This document shows, one piece after another, positions 14,170 through 31,875 of a stretch of DNA of 64,000 bases. The position numbers were made by a program, and so were the translations under genes. Source of the stretch: the human T2T-CHM13v2.0 reference genome, Homo sapiens; NCBI RefSeq assembly GCF_009914755.1, contig NC_060936.1, one strand, 5' to 3'. How positions within the stretch are numbered: the first letter of the stretch is position 1; every line of letters begins with the position of its first letter. Under the pieces are notes generated by a model. The model made no database searches and was not told the DNA's origin. It was given only the letters and a program-made list of their open reading frames with translations.

Positions 14170-15270
14170 TGTTTTTTGCCAGACTCTGTCTCTTTCTTTG
14201 AACCCCCTCCTCTGCAATCCACCCATCCTTTAACGTTCTGGCTGCTTTGTCTCTATTGGTGTCCCACCCAGCTATTAGCTTCTACTAATTGCTAGCTGAT
14301 TGTGCTATTGTTTTTGACAATGTCCTAGGGGCATAACTTGCTCCAAAGTCTGATCGAATTAAAGTCATCGTTTTGCCCAAGTAGTCTTTGAGGTTTTCTC
14401 TGACTCCAGGTGAGCTTTAGCTTTCTCTTTCCATGGTTCTCTTTTAAACTTCTGGGCAGGGGAGGTGTCTCGTGTGTTACTTGTGGCTATCATAAGCTAC
14501 TAGCTTCCTTGTAAATGCTCACCATCAAGATTTTCATTGTTTTCCATGAAGTCCCTGGGCTTGAATTCATCTTCCTTGTTCCAAATTGAGTCTTGGAGAG
14601 AGCTATAGAGCCCTCTGTCTGAATGGCCTGACTTTCTCAGTGGGAAGAATGTCCATGCTACTCTGCTGGAGCTAGAGTCAGGAACAATAGCCCACTTCTC
14701 TCAGAATAACAATGCTATTCTGTGAGTGGGCACTGGGGATATGTAGTAGTGCCTGGTGTTCTCAGCTTGCCCCTCTTGGTATGTAACATCTATCTTATGG
14801 GAGGGCCAAGGATAGGGTAATTGGAGCCAAGTATTCTCAGCCTTTCATGCCTGTAGCAGAGCTTCTATCCTGCCAGGGGCTGGTGGAGGAGGGGAGTCCC
14901 AGACTTCTCTGCCACGTCTACTTGGAAGAGAGTTTCTACAACACAGATTAGGGGATGAAGGTGGGCTTGATAAATACTGACAGACTACCCCTTCCACAGA
15001 GAAGCCATCACCCTAGCTTGGGAGCTGGGAAAGAAGGAGCCCTGTCTTCTCAGCTGCACCTGCCCCAAGTTGAGTTTCCATCACACTGAGCTGTTCTTAC
15101 TGAGATTTATTGTATTTTCTTGAATAAGTGTTTCTCCATTTGCTATATGCCCTTCGGACAATTTCCAGAGATTTTAAATTGTTGTTGCTTTTTTGTAGAA
15201 ATATAATATTCTCTAGTGATGGTTGTTTTGCTGGGAAGAAGGTCCACAGAGATCCGCATACTACCATTCA
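14170..15270 (-). mobile_element. Old L1M (L1MC/MD-type) 5' UTR fragment
   Basis: Reverse complement begins aatggtagtatgcggatctctgtggacc...aaacaacc, as in L1M 5' ends. Confidence 0.55.
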
Positions 15271-16488
15271 AACATGTTTCATTTAAAATTATGTCTTAGA
15301 TTCCATCTTGAGGAAGAACCATAGTTTATTCAACCTCTCTTTGTTTTGGAAGTTTTAATTTCTTCACAACACTGCAAAAATGCTACAGTGGCCACCAGTG
15401 TAGCTTGGTTTTAATATACATCCTGAATTATTTTCTTAGGATATGTCTCTTGAAGTTTCATAGATGGTTCTAAGCTAGTACCTGGCTGGATTCTAATGAG
15501 GGCTTAATCACTAAGGGCTTGAAAGTAAAATACCATCTTTTAAAAAAATTGTGTTTTCATGACACAAATTCTATTTCATGGTCAAAAGCTGACTCCTTCA
15601 AAGACCGAATCCTTTCTGTATGACCCATTTCGTTTTGTTTTCTTTATGAAAACCTCTTTCAGTCTTCAGATCATTTAGGTAGCAAAGGTATGGTTAGAGT
15701 TTTCTAGTCCTGATAATTAATTCCTCCCAGTTCTAGAATTTCTCAGCTGTTCCCCCAGTGCATGTAGTGCCCAAATATCTTAAAAAACATGATAAAACAT
15801 GATTTTTATTAAAACTAAGACTTGTTCCTTCATAGGTTTTGGGAGTTGAAGTAGAGATTCCTAAAAGTAAACTTGTTCTATTTTAAAATTTCCTAATTTC
15901 CTCTAAAGATATTCCTGGTGCTAATCTTATTTTAAAATTCTTATCTCCTACTAGGCATTTCTCACTACTAGAAATGTGTCACGATAATAAGAAAATAATT
16001 TAAAAGATCTAAAATAAGGACCATGTGCTATTAAAGGTATTTAGGAGTGATCTCCTTGAGGAAAGTGTATATTTAGGAGTGAGGCATACCCATTTATTAG
16101 TTGTAAGTGGCTAGCCTTCACTGAGAAACTAAATTCTTTGTCTTGTTTAAATACTCAAGGAGATGTGTTCAGTTGTCATCCTTGTCCGTGTTTCCTCACT
16201 CTTAGACTATATTAATAAGCTTGCAGAAACTCTCTTCTCTAGCTAGTTTGGACTAATCGTTTTTCCCCAAGTATGTAATGTCCAGTCTCACCTCTTATTT
16301 TTACTTATGCTGCCTCCCCCATCTGAATTTCCATCTCTTACTTCTAATTATTTTTCAAGGCATAACAAAATAGCATGGAGAGGCTAATCTTTCCAGATAT
16401 GAATATATTTAAGATTGGGTAGAACTAAATTAATGGGTCAGAAAAGAGTGGTGAATAACAGATTTAAATACACAGAAAATTTGGTCAA

Positions 16489-17205
16489 TGAAAAAGCGTT
16501 TGGTTGCTCTGCAGCTCAAACCCCTTGAGGAAGGGGGAGCACGCAGACGGGCAGGTGCAGAGGCCTCGGCAAGTGCTCCTGCTCCACGGTAGTGTCTAGG
16601 GCTGGGTGTCTGCAACTCCCGTGTTACAAAGCTCTTTCAGCTTTGCCGTCCGCAGACGGCTTCAGTGTTAATCAGCTCAATGAACCCTCTGCCTTATTGC
16701 AAGGGCAGAGGGCCGGTATGACTGCCTTCTGTTTCCTGAGCTGTTGCCCAGCATCCCGCAAGAATTGGATCACACGTGGGCTGGAAGAATGAGTGCAAGT
16801 TTTTATTGAGTGGTGGAGGTGGCTCTCAGTGAGATGGATGCGGAGCCGGAAGAAGGGATGGGGTGGGAAGGCGGTTTTCCCCTGGAGTCCGGCCGCCTAG
16901 CAGCCTGACTCTTCTCCAACGGCCCTGGCCGAACTCCCCTCGGCATCCAGACGTCACTCTTCTCTCTTTCTCTGCTGCATCATTCCGCCATCGCTGGTGT
17001 GGTGGTCTGCTCTGGAGCTTGGGGTTCGGGGTTTATATGGGGGCAAAATAGGGGGTGTGGTGGACCAAAAGGCAACTTTTTGGGCACGAAAACAGAAATG
17101 CCTGTTCTCATTTAGGGCTGCGAGTATTCATGCTTGAGGGTGGGGGGCCTTTGCTGGGGAACTGCCCTCTTCTACCCAGTATTTCCCTGTCTCTTGTCCC
17201 TATCA
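16489..17205 (-). mobile_element. LTR1-family solo LTR
   Basis: Clear reverse-complement homology to 12433-13222; tg...ca ends. Confidence 0.85.
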
Positions 17206-17679
17206 TTACCTGATTAAGGAATTTTGAAAACAGGTCTAAGCAGGCTTGGTTCAGCAACTTCAGGTTTCCTCTCATTTGTGGACTGTCCTCAGATGTACAA
17301 GTTCTATTCTGCCTTGTCACCCTGGGGAGGCCGGCAGTTGTGCAGATCTACTAGAGCTGAGTGCTAAGTTTACCTAAAGGAATATGATAATAGTAATAGG
17401 CTAAATTGCATCCTATAATGTAATCTTATCTTCAATAAAACTGATTTTAAAAATCTGCATCTTTTTGATAACAGCATCTACTTATCAGTTGGCTTTGAAC
17501 TTGGAATAGAAAAGGAGCATGATTATATTACTCTAAAACCTCAGTCTCAAACTCGAAAAGCCATTAAAAAAGAAAACAATAAATAAAACTTCTATCAAGG
17601 CTCAAGACTTCTCTCATCATTGAAGGTCATGGTAAATCTTTTACTTTCCATCTCCCAACCTTTATACTGATATTCCTTG

Positions 17680-17835
17680 TTTGGCACTTACTTATTGCCA
17701 TGTGTATTTATAGATTTGGTTGTATGATGTAGTCTCCTTTAGAGTGTGAACTTGTTGAAGGAAGACAATCTTTTAGTCATCTCTGAACACCTGAAGTGCT
17801 TTCCAAGGTATGCGCTCAGCAGATGATGAGTGGTT
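17680..17835 (+). mobile_element. L2 3' end
   Basis: tagagtgtgaacttgttgaaggaaga...gcgctcag. Confidence 0.5.
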
Positions 17836-17919
17836 TCAACTGGGCTGAACAGCTCTCTAATGATTACTACAAACTAGTTCCTGGTATAGTGACTTATCTT
17901 AAACAATAATGTTAATGAA

Positions 17920-18130
17920 TTTGTTTTGTACTTTGCAGTTTTCACACTGTACATCAAATGACATGACTTACCTTATTTAAACTTTAAAGAATCCCAGGAG
18001 ATGAGCAGAACAAATATTTGTATTTTAGATGTGACAAAAAGATCTCAGAGAGGTGAGTTGCTTGCTCAGGATCATGGTGCTTATAAATAACAAAATCCAG
18101 AACTTCTAATTCCTAGGAGATAACTCTTTT
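17920..18130 (-). mobile_element. MIR
   Basis: Core attttagatg...ctcagagaggtgagttgcttgctcaggatca. Confidence 0.7.
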
Positions 18131-19934
18131 ATTTTTCCACAACTGTTTCTTGCATGAAGGTGAGACCCTCAAGTGACTTTCCAGGAATGTAAAGAATCCA
18201 ACAGCATTAGAAAATATGTGATATTTCCAAGGCACTAGTTGAAATTTGATGTGAAATTCCATCTGACATGTTTGTAACAGCTTTAATTATTTAATCAATT
18301 TAATAACAGAATATTTAAAGTAGCAAAAAAAATCACTGGGCATAACAAATTTCATCCATAAATCAGACATTTTGCACCTCAATTTTTACTCTCATTTCTG
18401 TTTTGTGAACTAATTGGCAACACTTGATGGAAATTAAAGATGTAGACAGACTATAACAGGTGGAGCAATCACATCTTCACAAGGAAATTAATTTATATAC
18501 ACACACATACAAATACACACGCATATTCATAGCCTCTGATCCTGCCAAGGAAAGAACCCCAACAGTGTGGTTAGCTGCAATTATGGTTAAGTGTCATAAA
18601 ACAATTTTGGCATATCATGGTGCCCTTAGGAATCGCAGTGATCTCTCAGTTCTTGGTCTTCCAAGCACGTTTCAATCTCCTATGAATTCATCCTTGCAAG
18701 TTTTCTTTTTGCTGTTTTGTTTGTCAGAAAAGTAATTTGACTACATCCTGCAACTTGTTTTGTGAAAGCGACTATCTTGCAAGCTGGACTAGAACAAAGT
18801 ATGTCAGTATGATTTATAGAAATTGCTGTGACTCTGCTGCAATGAACAGACAGCTCCATATAGGACAGTGTGTATGCTCAAACGACTTTTCACAAGAATG
18901 GCTTCACTCAAATTTCCTGAGATTTTTTTTAATGCTTCTGTGATTACATGGTTCATTGAATGTTTGAGTAGAAGCAGTCTTTGATTACCTTGTGCCTTCT
19001 TTTTGGCAAATTCTAACATGATTTTTTTTTTCTGGCTTGAAAATTGCAAAACAAACAGGGTTCTTTGAGTTTAGATTAGACTATAGACCTGACTGCGAGG
19101 AGTCCAATAACTATTATTTTCTCCAAACTGTAATTTGGAGTTCACTAGGTACCTTATGTAAGGTAAGGTATGTGATGCGTACTAAGTAAGAAAACTCAGA
19201 ATTGGTTATAAGTCCTCATAGTCCATTCCTTCTTATACCAAGATTGAGAGAAAAAGGAAGAATTTATTGTTATGAAATGTTCTATTCAATTCTTCAGTCA
19301 ATACGAATTAGGAATAAGCCACTGTACATGAGCCATCTGGTATTGCTTAATTATGAAGCCAATATAGTTTCAAATAGAAAATGGTATATGTTTTAAAAAA
19401 TTTCACTAGTTTCTCTATTTTTAAAAATCTAAGTCACCCAGCTTGGCATTTGCATGTTGTTTCAAAGCAAGATTAGAGTTGTGTTGTATATTTACAGAAA
19501 AGAACACTCATTCTTTTTTTTTTCCCTTCAGAATAAAAATAGCTAAATTAATAATACATGTTTATTGTAAACAACTAAATAAAACCAAACTACACAAAAA
19601 TTTAAAGAAGGTAAATAGCATGTGAAGTCCTATAAAAGAGAGCAATTGCTAATATTTTGGTAAATATCTTATCCAACATCCCAAACACAAGCATATTTAC
19701 TAAAATTGGGTGAAAAGAAATACATAATCATTTTTCATTCATTAAAATATTGTGCTCATTATTCTATATGAATAAATATAGCTTTATATTATAATTATTC
19801 ATGGTTGCAAAGAGTTCCACTATATGGATACTCCATAAGTACTTTGATTCTTCATTAATGGATTTTAAATTATTTCCAGTTTTGAGCCTTTATAAATAAT
19901 ACAGGTTCAAAGGCACAACATATATGTACCACTA

Positions 19935-20316
19935 ATTAATGCAATAAATTTTTAATGGGTGTTTTCTATGTGCCAGACATTATTCTAGGTGCTGGTGAGG
20001 TAGTAGTGAATAAGACATTGAAGACCTCAGCTTTTATGGATCTTAAATACTAGAAGGGAAGTGGAACAAATAAGTAATCAAGATAATTACAAAGAGTATT
20101 GTGTGGTTGAAGAATATAAGATAGGCAAATATAATAGTAACTGAGTGACAGGGAGAAGTACATTAACTAGTGTGGTCAAAAAAGGCCTTCCTAAGGAAAA
20201 GGGATTTTAGCAGAAACCTGAACAGAAGGAGCTGGTAAGAGAGAATTTTCTAGGCAATTGTCCCAGCACTGATTTGGGATGACCTGGGAATCTTTCAAGA
20301 ACAAAAGTATGGGTAG
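19935..20316 (-). mobile_element. L2 3' fragment (host of the L1PA insertion)
   Basis: ctatgtgccagacattattctaggtgctgg...gtgaataagaca. Confidence 0.7.
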
Positions 20317-20541
20317 TGAGTCTTTTTTTTTTTTTAATTTTACTTTAAGTTTTAGGGTACATGTGCACTACGTGCAGGTTTGTTATATATGTATACATGT
20401 GCCATGTTGGTGTGCTGCACCCATTAACTCGTCATTTAACATTAGGTATATCTCCTAATGCTATCCCTCCCCCCACCCCCCACCCGACAACAGGCTCTGG
20501 TGTTTGATGTTCCCCTTTCTGTGTCCATGTGTTCTCATTGT

Positions 20542-24361
<3,820 letters not shown>

Positions 24362-24424
24362 TATGATTTTAGCTGGCTATTTTGCTCGTTAGTTGATGCA
24401 GTTTCTTCCTAGCCTCGATGGTCT

Positions 24425-25438
24425 TTACAATTTGGCATGTTTTTGCAGTGGCTGATACTGGTTTTCCTTTCCATGTTTAGTGCTTCCTTCAGGAGCTCTT
24501 TTAGGGCAGGCCTGGTGGTGACAAAATGTCTCAGCATTTGCTTGTCTGTAAAGTATTTTGTTTCTCCTTTACTTTTGAAGCTTAGTTTGGCTGGATATGA
24601 AATTCTGGGTTGAAAATTCTTTTCTTTAAGAATGTTGAATATTGGCCCCCACTCTCTTCTGGCTTGTAGAGTTTCTTCTGAGAGATCAGCTGTTAGTCTG
24701 ATGGGCTTCCCCTTGTGGGTAACCCAGCCTTTCTCTCTGGCTGCCCTTAACATTTTTTCCTTCATTTCAACTTTGGTGAATCTGACAATTATGTGTCTTG
24801 GAGTTGCTCTTCTCTAGGAGTATCTTTGTGGCATTCTCTGTACTTCTTGAATTTGAATATTGGCCTGCCTTGCTAGATTGGGGAAGTTCTCCTGGATAAT
24901 ATCCTGAAGAGTGTTTTCTAACTTGGTTCCATTCTCCCCGTCACTTTCAGGTACACCAATCAGACGTAGATTTGGTCTTTTCACATAGTCCCATATTTCT
25001 TGGAGGTTTTGTTCATTTCTTTTTATTCTTTTTTCTCTAAACTTCTCTTCTCACTTCATTTCATTCATTTGATCTTCCATCACTGATACCCTTTCTTCCA
25101 GTTGATTGAATTGGCTACTGAGGCTTGTGCATTCATCATGTAGTTCTTGTGCCTTGGTTTTCAGCTCCATCAGGTCCTTTAAGGACCTCTCTGCATTGGT
25201 TATTCTAGTTAGCCATTCATCTAATTTTTTTTCAAGGTTTTTAACTTCTTTGCCATGGGTTCGAACTTCCTTCTTTAGCTCAGAGTAGTTTGATCGTCTG
25301 AAGCCTTCTTCTCTCAACTCATCAGTCATTCTCCATCCTGCTTTGTTCTGTTGCTGATGAGGAGCTGTGTTCCTTTGGAGGAGGAGAGGCGCTCTGATTT
25401 TTAGAGTTTCCGGTTTTTCTGCTCTGTTTTTTCCCCAT
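24425..25438 (-). pseudogene. L1 ORF1p, disrupted
   Basis: ATG at 25438 (MGKKQSRK); fragments 25051-25329 and 24409-24765. Confidence 0.93.
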
Positions 25439-26016
25439 CTTTGTGGTTTTATCTACCTTTGGTCTTTGATGATGGTGATGTACAAATGGGGTTTTGGTGT
25501 GGATGTCCTTTCTGTTTGTTAGTTTTCTTTCTAACAGTCAGGACCCTCAGCTGCAGGTGTATTGGAGTTTGCTGGAAGTCCACTCCAGACCCCGTTTGCC
25601 TGGGTATCAGCAGCAGAGGCTGCAAAACAATGGATATTGGTGAACAGCAAACGTTGCTGCCTGATCGTTCCTCTGGAAGTTTTGTCTCAGAGGAGTACCT
25701 GGCCATGTGAGGTGTCAGTCTGCCCCTACTGGGGGGTGCCTCCCAGTTAGGCTACTCTGGGGTCAGGGACCCACTTGAGGAGGGTCCCTTCTGTCCGTTC
25801 TCAAATCTCTAGCTGCGTGCTGGGAGAACCACTACTCTCTTAAAAGCTGTCAGACAGACACATTTAAGTCTGCAGAGTTTTCTGTTGCCTTTTGTTTGGC
25901 TATGCCCTGCCCCCAGAGGTGGATTCTACAGAGGCAGGCAGGCCTCCTTGAGCTGCAGTGGGCTCCACCCAGTTCGAGCTTCCAGGCTGCTTTGTTTACC
26001 TACTCAAGCCTCGGCA

Positions 26017-26211
26017 GTGGCGGGCGCCCCTCCCCCAGCCTTGCTGCCACCTTCCAGTTTGATCTCAGACTGCTGTGCTAGCAATAAGCAAGGCTCCATG
26101 GGCGTAGGACCCTCTGAGCTAGGCATGGGATACAATCTCCTGGTGTGCCGTTTGCTAAGATCATTGGAAAAGCACAGTATTAGGGTGGGAGTGACCCAAT
26201 TTTCCAGGTGA
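26017..26211 (+). pseudogene. L1 ORF0 homolog, ATG changed to GTG and ending early
   Basis: (V)AGAPPPALLPPSSLISDCCASN...IRVGVTQFSR* matches primate ORF0. Confidence 0.8.
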
Positions 26212-26699
26212 CATCTGTCACCCCTTTCTTTGACTAGGAAAGGGAATTCCCTGACCCCTTGCGCTTCCCGGATGAGGTGATGCCTCGCCCTGCTTCGGCT
26301 CATGCTCGGTGCACTGCACCCACTGTCCTACACCCACTGTCCGACATTCCCCAGTGAGATGAACCTGGTACCTCAGCTGGAAATGCAGAAATCACCCGTC
26401 TTCTGCGTCACTCATGCTGGGAGCTGTAGACTGGATCTGTTCCTATGCGGCCATCTTGGCTCCACCCCATGAGTCTTAAATAGATTGAGTAATAGAGAGA
26501 GTGTTAGAAAAATAGGAAGAAAAAAGATTGCAGAAGTAGGCAGAGGTTGATCTTTTTGTGCCTCCTAGGCTGTGATTAGGAGTTAGAGTTTATTCTGAGT
26601 AGAAATTTTTTCAAAGTTCTAAATGCTATTTGAGGAATTTAAGTGTATTGGAGGTGCTGATTTTAGGTGAAGAAACAAGGGAAACATTTATTTGTCTTT

Positions 26700-28200
26700 C
26701 ATCAAATATTTATGAAGCAATTGTCTCATACCAACCATATTTTATGGCCCCAAGTATAGGGAATGCTAGGATTCAGTAATTCCCCAAACAGAAGTCCTTG
26801 CCCTTTTAAAGCTGACATTCTAGCATCACATAATAGAATGTTTGGTAGCAATGCATGTGAAAATTAAAGCAGGGTAGCAGGATATGCACACATGCTGTTA
26901 TTGCTAGGGTGATGGAAGGCCTGTTAAGAGATGACACGTAACTGATATTTCCAAGCAGTGAACAAGTGAGCCAAGCCAATATCTGGGGGATGATTGTTCT
27001 GGGCAGAGGAAATGGCAGGATCAGCAACTACACTGATTTTTTCTTTTTCTTTTTTTTTTTTTGAGCTCTGTCGCCCAGGCTGGAGTGCAGTGGCGTGATC
27101 TCAGCTCACTGCAACCTTAAATGATGGTTCTAAAAAATCCAGCAGTATAGAATGTGAAGACAGTGATAGAAGATGAAGACAGAGAGGTAGCTAGGATCCT
27201 TGAAGGGCATGGTGAGGGTTTTAGTTTTGCTTCTAAATATAATGGGAAGAGATTAGAAGCTTTTGAGCAGAAGAGTGACATTATCTCATGTGTTTTAGGA
27301 AGATCATCTTAGCTGCTGTGTGAAGGAGCAAATGTTCGAAGTACAAGGATATTTAGGAGGCCATTATAATAGTTCAAGCAAGAGATGATGGTGGCTTTGA
27401 TCTGGTGATAGTAGCAGAAGTGGTGAAACACTGTCAGGTTCCAAGTATACTTAAAAGGAAGAGCTAATAGGATTTGCTGATGGATTGGATATGGAGTCTT
27501 AGAAAGAAAGGAATCAAGTAAGATTCCAATAGTTTGACCTTATATACCTGGTGAATGGTGGTGCTAGTTTTAGAGTTGGGGAAGACCATGGAAGAAAATG
27601 GGAAGGGGAAAATAAGAAGTTCGTTTGAGTATTAAGCAGCAGATGCCTATTAGATTTTTCTGTGAAGATGTTGAATTGACTGTTGAATATACAAGCCTGG
27701 AACTCAGGGTCAGGTCTGGAGATGGAAATTTGGAGATACTGACATTTGGATAGTAATAAAAGCTGTAGAAATAGATGAACCAGATAGGGAGTTAGTTTAG
27801 CAGGGAAAAGAGAAGAACATTGAGAAAGGAGCCTGTGATTTGGAGATCAGATGGGAAAAGGCAAGAGGTAGGAGAAAGGTGAGAAAGGTGTGGCATCTCA
27901 AAAACTAAACTGAGTATTTGAGGGAAAAGGGCACGATCAGTGTGTCAAATAGTGCTGGGGAGTCATATAGGAAGAGGACTGAGAATTGACTGCTGGATTT
28001 CATATGTAAAGTTCACAATGTTCATGCAAAAATGTTTTGGTAGGAGATGTCAATGAAAGTCTGACGGAGAGGGTTTGGGAAAGAAAAGTGAGAAAATTGC
28101 AAGAGGATATAGGCAATGAATTTTTTTATTTTTTCTGTAAAAGGGATGAGAGGAATGGGATGAAAGCTAGAATGGAATACAATGGAATACAGAATCAAGA
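26700..28200 (-). mobile_element. L2 (L2a-like) fragments
   Basis: tcatcaaatatttatgaagc 3' end; ttttgagcagaagagtgaca, ggatttgctgatggattggat body motifs. Confidence 0.75.
27038..27116 (-). mobile_element. Short Alu 3' fragment
   Basis: T-tail plus ctctgtcgcccaggctggagtgcagtggcgtgatctcagctcactgcaacc. Confidence 0.9.
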
Positions 28201-28257
28201 AAAGTTTGTTCTTAAACCAGCACTTGTACCCCGTGAATCTAAAATAAAAGTGAAATT

Positions 28258-28340
28258 ATATGTATATATATAATATATATGTTTCATACATTCATATGTG
28301 TATATATTATATATATCTTTCATACATACTTATATATGTA
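28258..28340. repeat. (TA)-rich microsatellite following a short L1 3' tip
   Basis: gcacttgtaccccgtgaatctaaaataaaag then degenerate TA repeats. Confidence 0.75.
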
Positions 28341-29019
28341 GAAGAGCAGGCTCATTTGTTATGATGTGTGTGTAATTGCCTCTTTGTGTCTTTCAGTAAT
28401 TCTCACCTTTTTATTGATTTATTAGTATTATTTTTATATTAGAAACAATAATTGTTTATCAAATATGTTGTAACTTTTCATTTGGGTTGCCATTTATTAT
28501 TCAGTCTTATTTCTGGTATTACTTTTTAAATACAGTCATAAATTTGTATACAGTAAAGACTATTCATCTTTTTCTGTTTCAATTCTTGCTTTGGTGTTTA
28601 TGTAACCCAGATGTCAGGTTTTCTTTCAGAATTAAATAAGATTTGCATAATCCTCTGTTCTGTTTTGTTGGAAGCCTTTCCTAAGATATCTGCAAATTCC
28701 TGATGGCTTATATCTTATAGCATTTTCTGACTTCATGAACATCTGATTTTCTGAGTCTATTTACTTCTTTTTGATTCCATGCTAACTTATTCACCATTCC
28801 TTGAATTTCTCAAAACCCATTCACACAAGAGATTGAGATTTATTTATTCTTACAAATGGCCAATCAATGTGCCAAGTGCTGAATACCCCTCTTCTGCCTT
28901 AAATGCCATTTTAATATATTCAGAACTTCTACATAAGCTTGGGTCTGATTCTAGATTCTTTAGTTAATTCTGTTTGATCTGTCAGTCTACAATATGATTT
29001 TAATTACAGTAACTTTATT

Positions 29020-29345
29020 TATTCATTTATTTAATATATTTATTGACTATGTAACATGTACCAATCACTAGCAAATGCTAAGAACACAGTGGTCAACCAG
29101 GCAAATATGGGTTTCTCTTTTTGTGAAGCTTAAATTTTAGTAGTAGAAAGTTACTGATAATTAACCACAGAATATGTTGAATAAAAACAAAAACAACAAT
29201 AATTGTCAAGAAACACATACTTAGAGTACAGTAATAGTAATTCAATGATCTACTTTGTAGAGGAAGATCAGGAAAGACTTCTGATACTTTATTTAACATT
29301 AGACCTCACAACAGAAGGATGGGAATGACCCAGCCACATGAATTC
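29020..29345 (-). mobile_element. L2 3' fragment
   Basis: ttcatttatttaatatatttattgac...tgtaccaatcact. Confidence 0.6.
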
Positions 29346-30177
29346 TTTCAACTAGGCAGCGATGAAGCTAAGGCAATGGCAGAACTTCACTAATATGTAT
29401 GTAGATGACATGATTCTTCTTCTTAGCAGTTTTGTATTTGTTAACCTTGAACTGCCATTTCTTCAAGATGATATATAATTATTTTTGACTATATGTAGGG
29501 ATTTTCAAATCAGATATCTAACTTTGGCAAAATACGTTTGAAAATGTTATATCTTCCAATTATTTTGTTTTCTTCAGGCATGCCAACTAGCTATACATTG
29601 GACCTCTCTTGCTTTCACTTCATATCCATCTTTTTCAATTTAATTTTTTTCTCATCCTGTCTTTATTTCTGTATGATTTACTCAAGTCTGTCCTCTACAT
29701 TATGGATTTTGTTTTCTCTGTCTTTTCTCTGCTTTTCACTGCTGCAAATACTATGTTAAGTTCTCCCATGGTGTTTCTTTTTTCTAATTTCTTTCCTTTC
29801 CTTTCCCAGTTCTCTTTTCATCTCATTTTGTTGTCATATTGTCTCATCTTACATCTCTCATTTTATAGCATTCTTGATCTTTCTAAGTGCTTTAGAGGTT
29901 AGTTATTTTCTAAATCTAATTGTGAAATTATCTCCTCCTAATTGTGCTCTTCTTCTACCATTCATGCCATGCTTTTATTTTTTCTTCTTTAAGGGGACAG
30001 AATTTTTGCATAGGTTTGATGTTCCTTTCTTCTTTTTCCTCTGCTATTTATTTCAAAAAAATTCTCTCTGGTTATGTTACATACCCACATTGTTGGCCAA
30101 GGTTTCTTGGCTGCCCTCCCTGCCTCTCTGATTTCCATTTGAATACTGCTAGGAACTAAGTTGGAACTCACAGTCAG

Positions 30178-30702
<525 letters not shown>

Positions 30703-31078
30703 GTTTAGATATGTTTCCCTGCTCCCTCTACCCCACGTAGTTCCCATTTTATTTATGTTCATGCCACAGTTCTAAATACTAGAATTCTGGGGCAATGTAC
30801 TTCAAATTTATTACTGTTTTGTTGGCAGTATTTAGTGTTATATGGGTGTTTGAGTAGAACTCTTCACTGTCCTGGAATTCCTTTTCATATATTCAATACC
30901 AGAGATTTTTTGGTTTGTTTTAGTAAATACAAAATTATTTTTGGTTCCTCTCACCTCTATCTCCTTTCTCACTGGCTGCAAATTGTACCTGTATTGTATG
31001 ACCTGCTCCTCTTAGTTGCTGATAGACTTTGCCACTAATAGTATGTGTTATTAGTTGTAGCAAATAAAAAATTTTGCC

Positions 31079-31426
<348 letters not shown>

Positions 31427-31699
31427 TCAGTATGCTGCTATATACATTTAAGAGCCAGTGGTTTATATTATGTGTCTGGTCATATTGATTTTTGTGGTAG
31501 GTAAGATGAGAACTAGAGCCATGCTCCAACATAAGAGCTTTTTTTTCTGGGTTATCTGTGGGTGAACTGGAACTTTTGTACTGGAAGATAAGCTTTTTAG
31601 ATTTGAGAACATATCCTGCTTTGTTGGCAGAAGTATAGGGAGAGGATTGGTTTATTTTCATATTTAAGAATGAGTTGGCTAATTTGGTGTGATGTCAAA

Positions 31700-31875
31700 T
31701 GAAAAAGAACTTCCATATGGCAGATTACAAAGGAATCCAGGAAAACTTTTAAGGCTAACAGATATGTTTATTTGATCTTGATATGTGTTTTCATGGGTAT
31801 GAACACTCATCCCATTGTACACTTTAAATATAGATAGTATATTGCATATTATGCCTTAATAAATCTGTTTTAAAA
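31700..31875 (+). mobile_element. L1M 3' end
   Basis: cattgtacactttaaata...ttatgccttaataaa. Confidence 0.65.

Noticed and set aside
12433-17205. Two LTR1 copies as the ends of one provirus
   Set aside because: Opposite orientation, and the DNA between them is L2/L1M/unique rather than ERV internal sequence.
20300-20345. 3' transduction by the L1
   Set aside because: The TSD abuts the poly(A) directly; there is no extra sequence.
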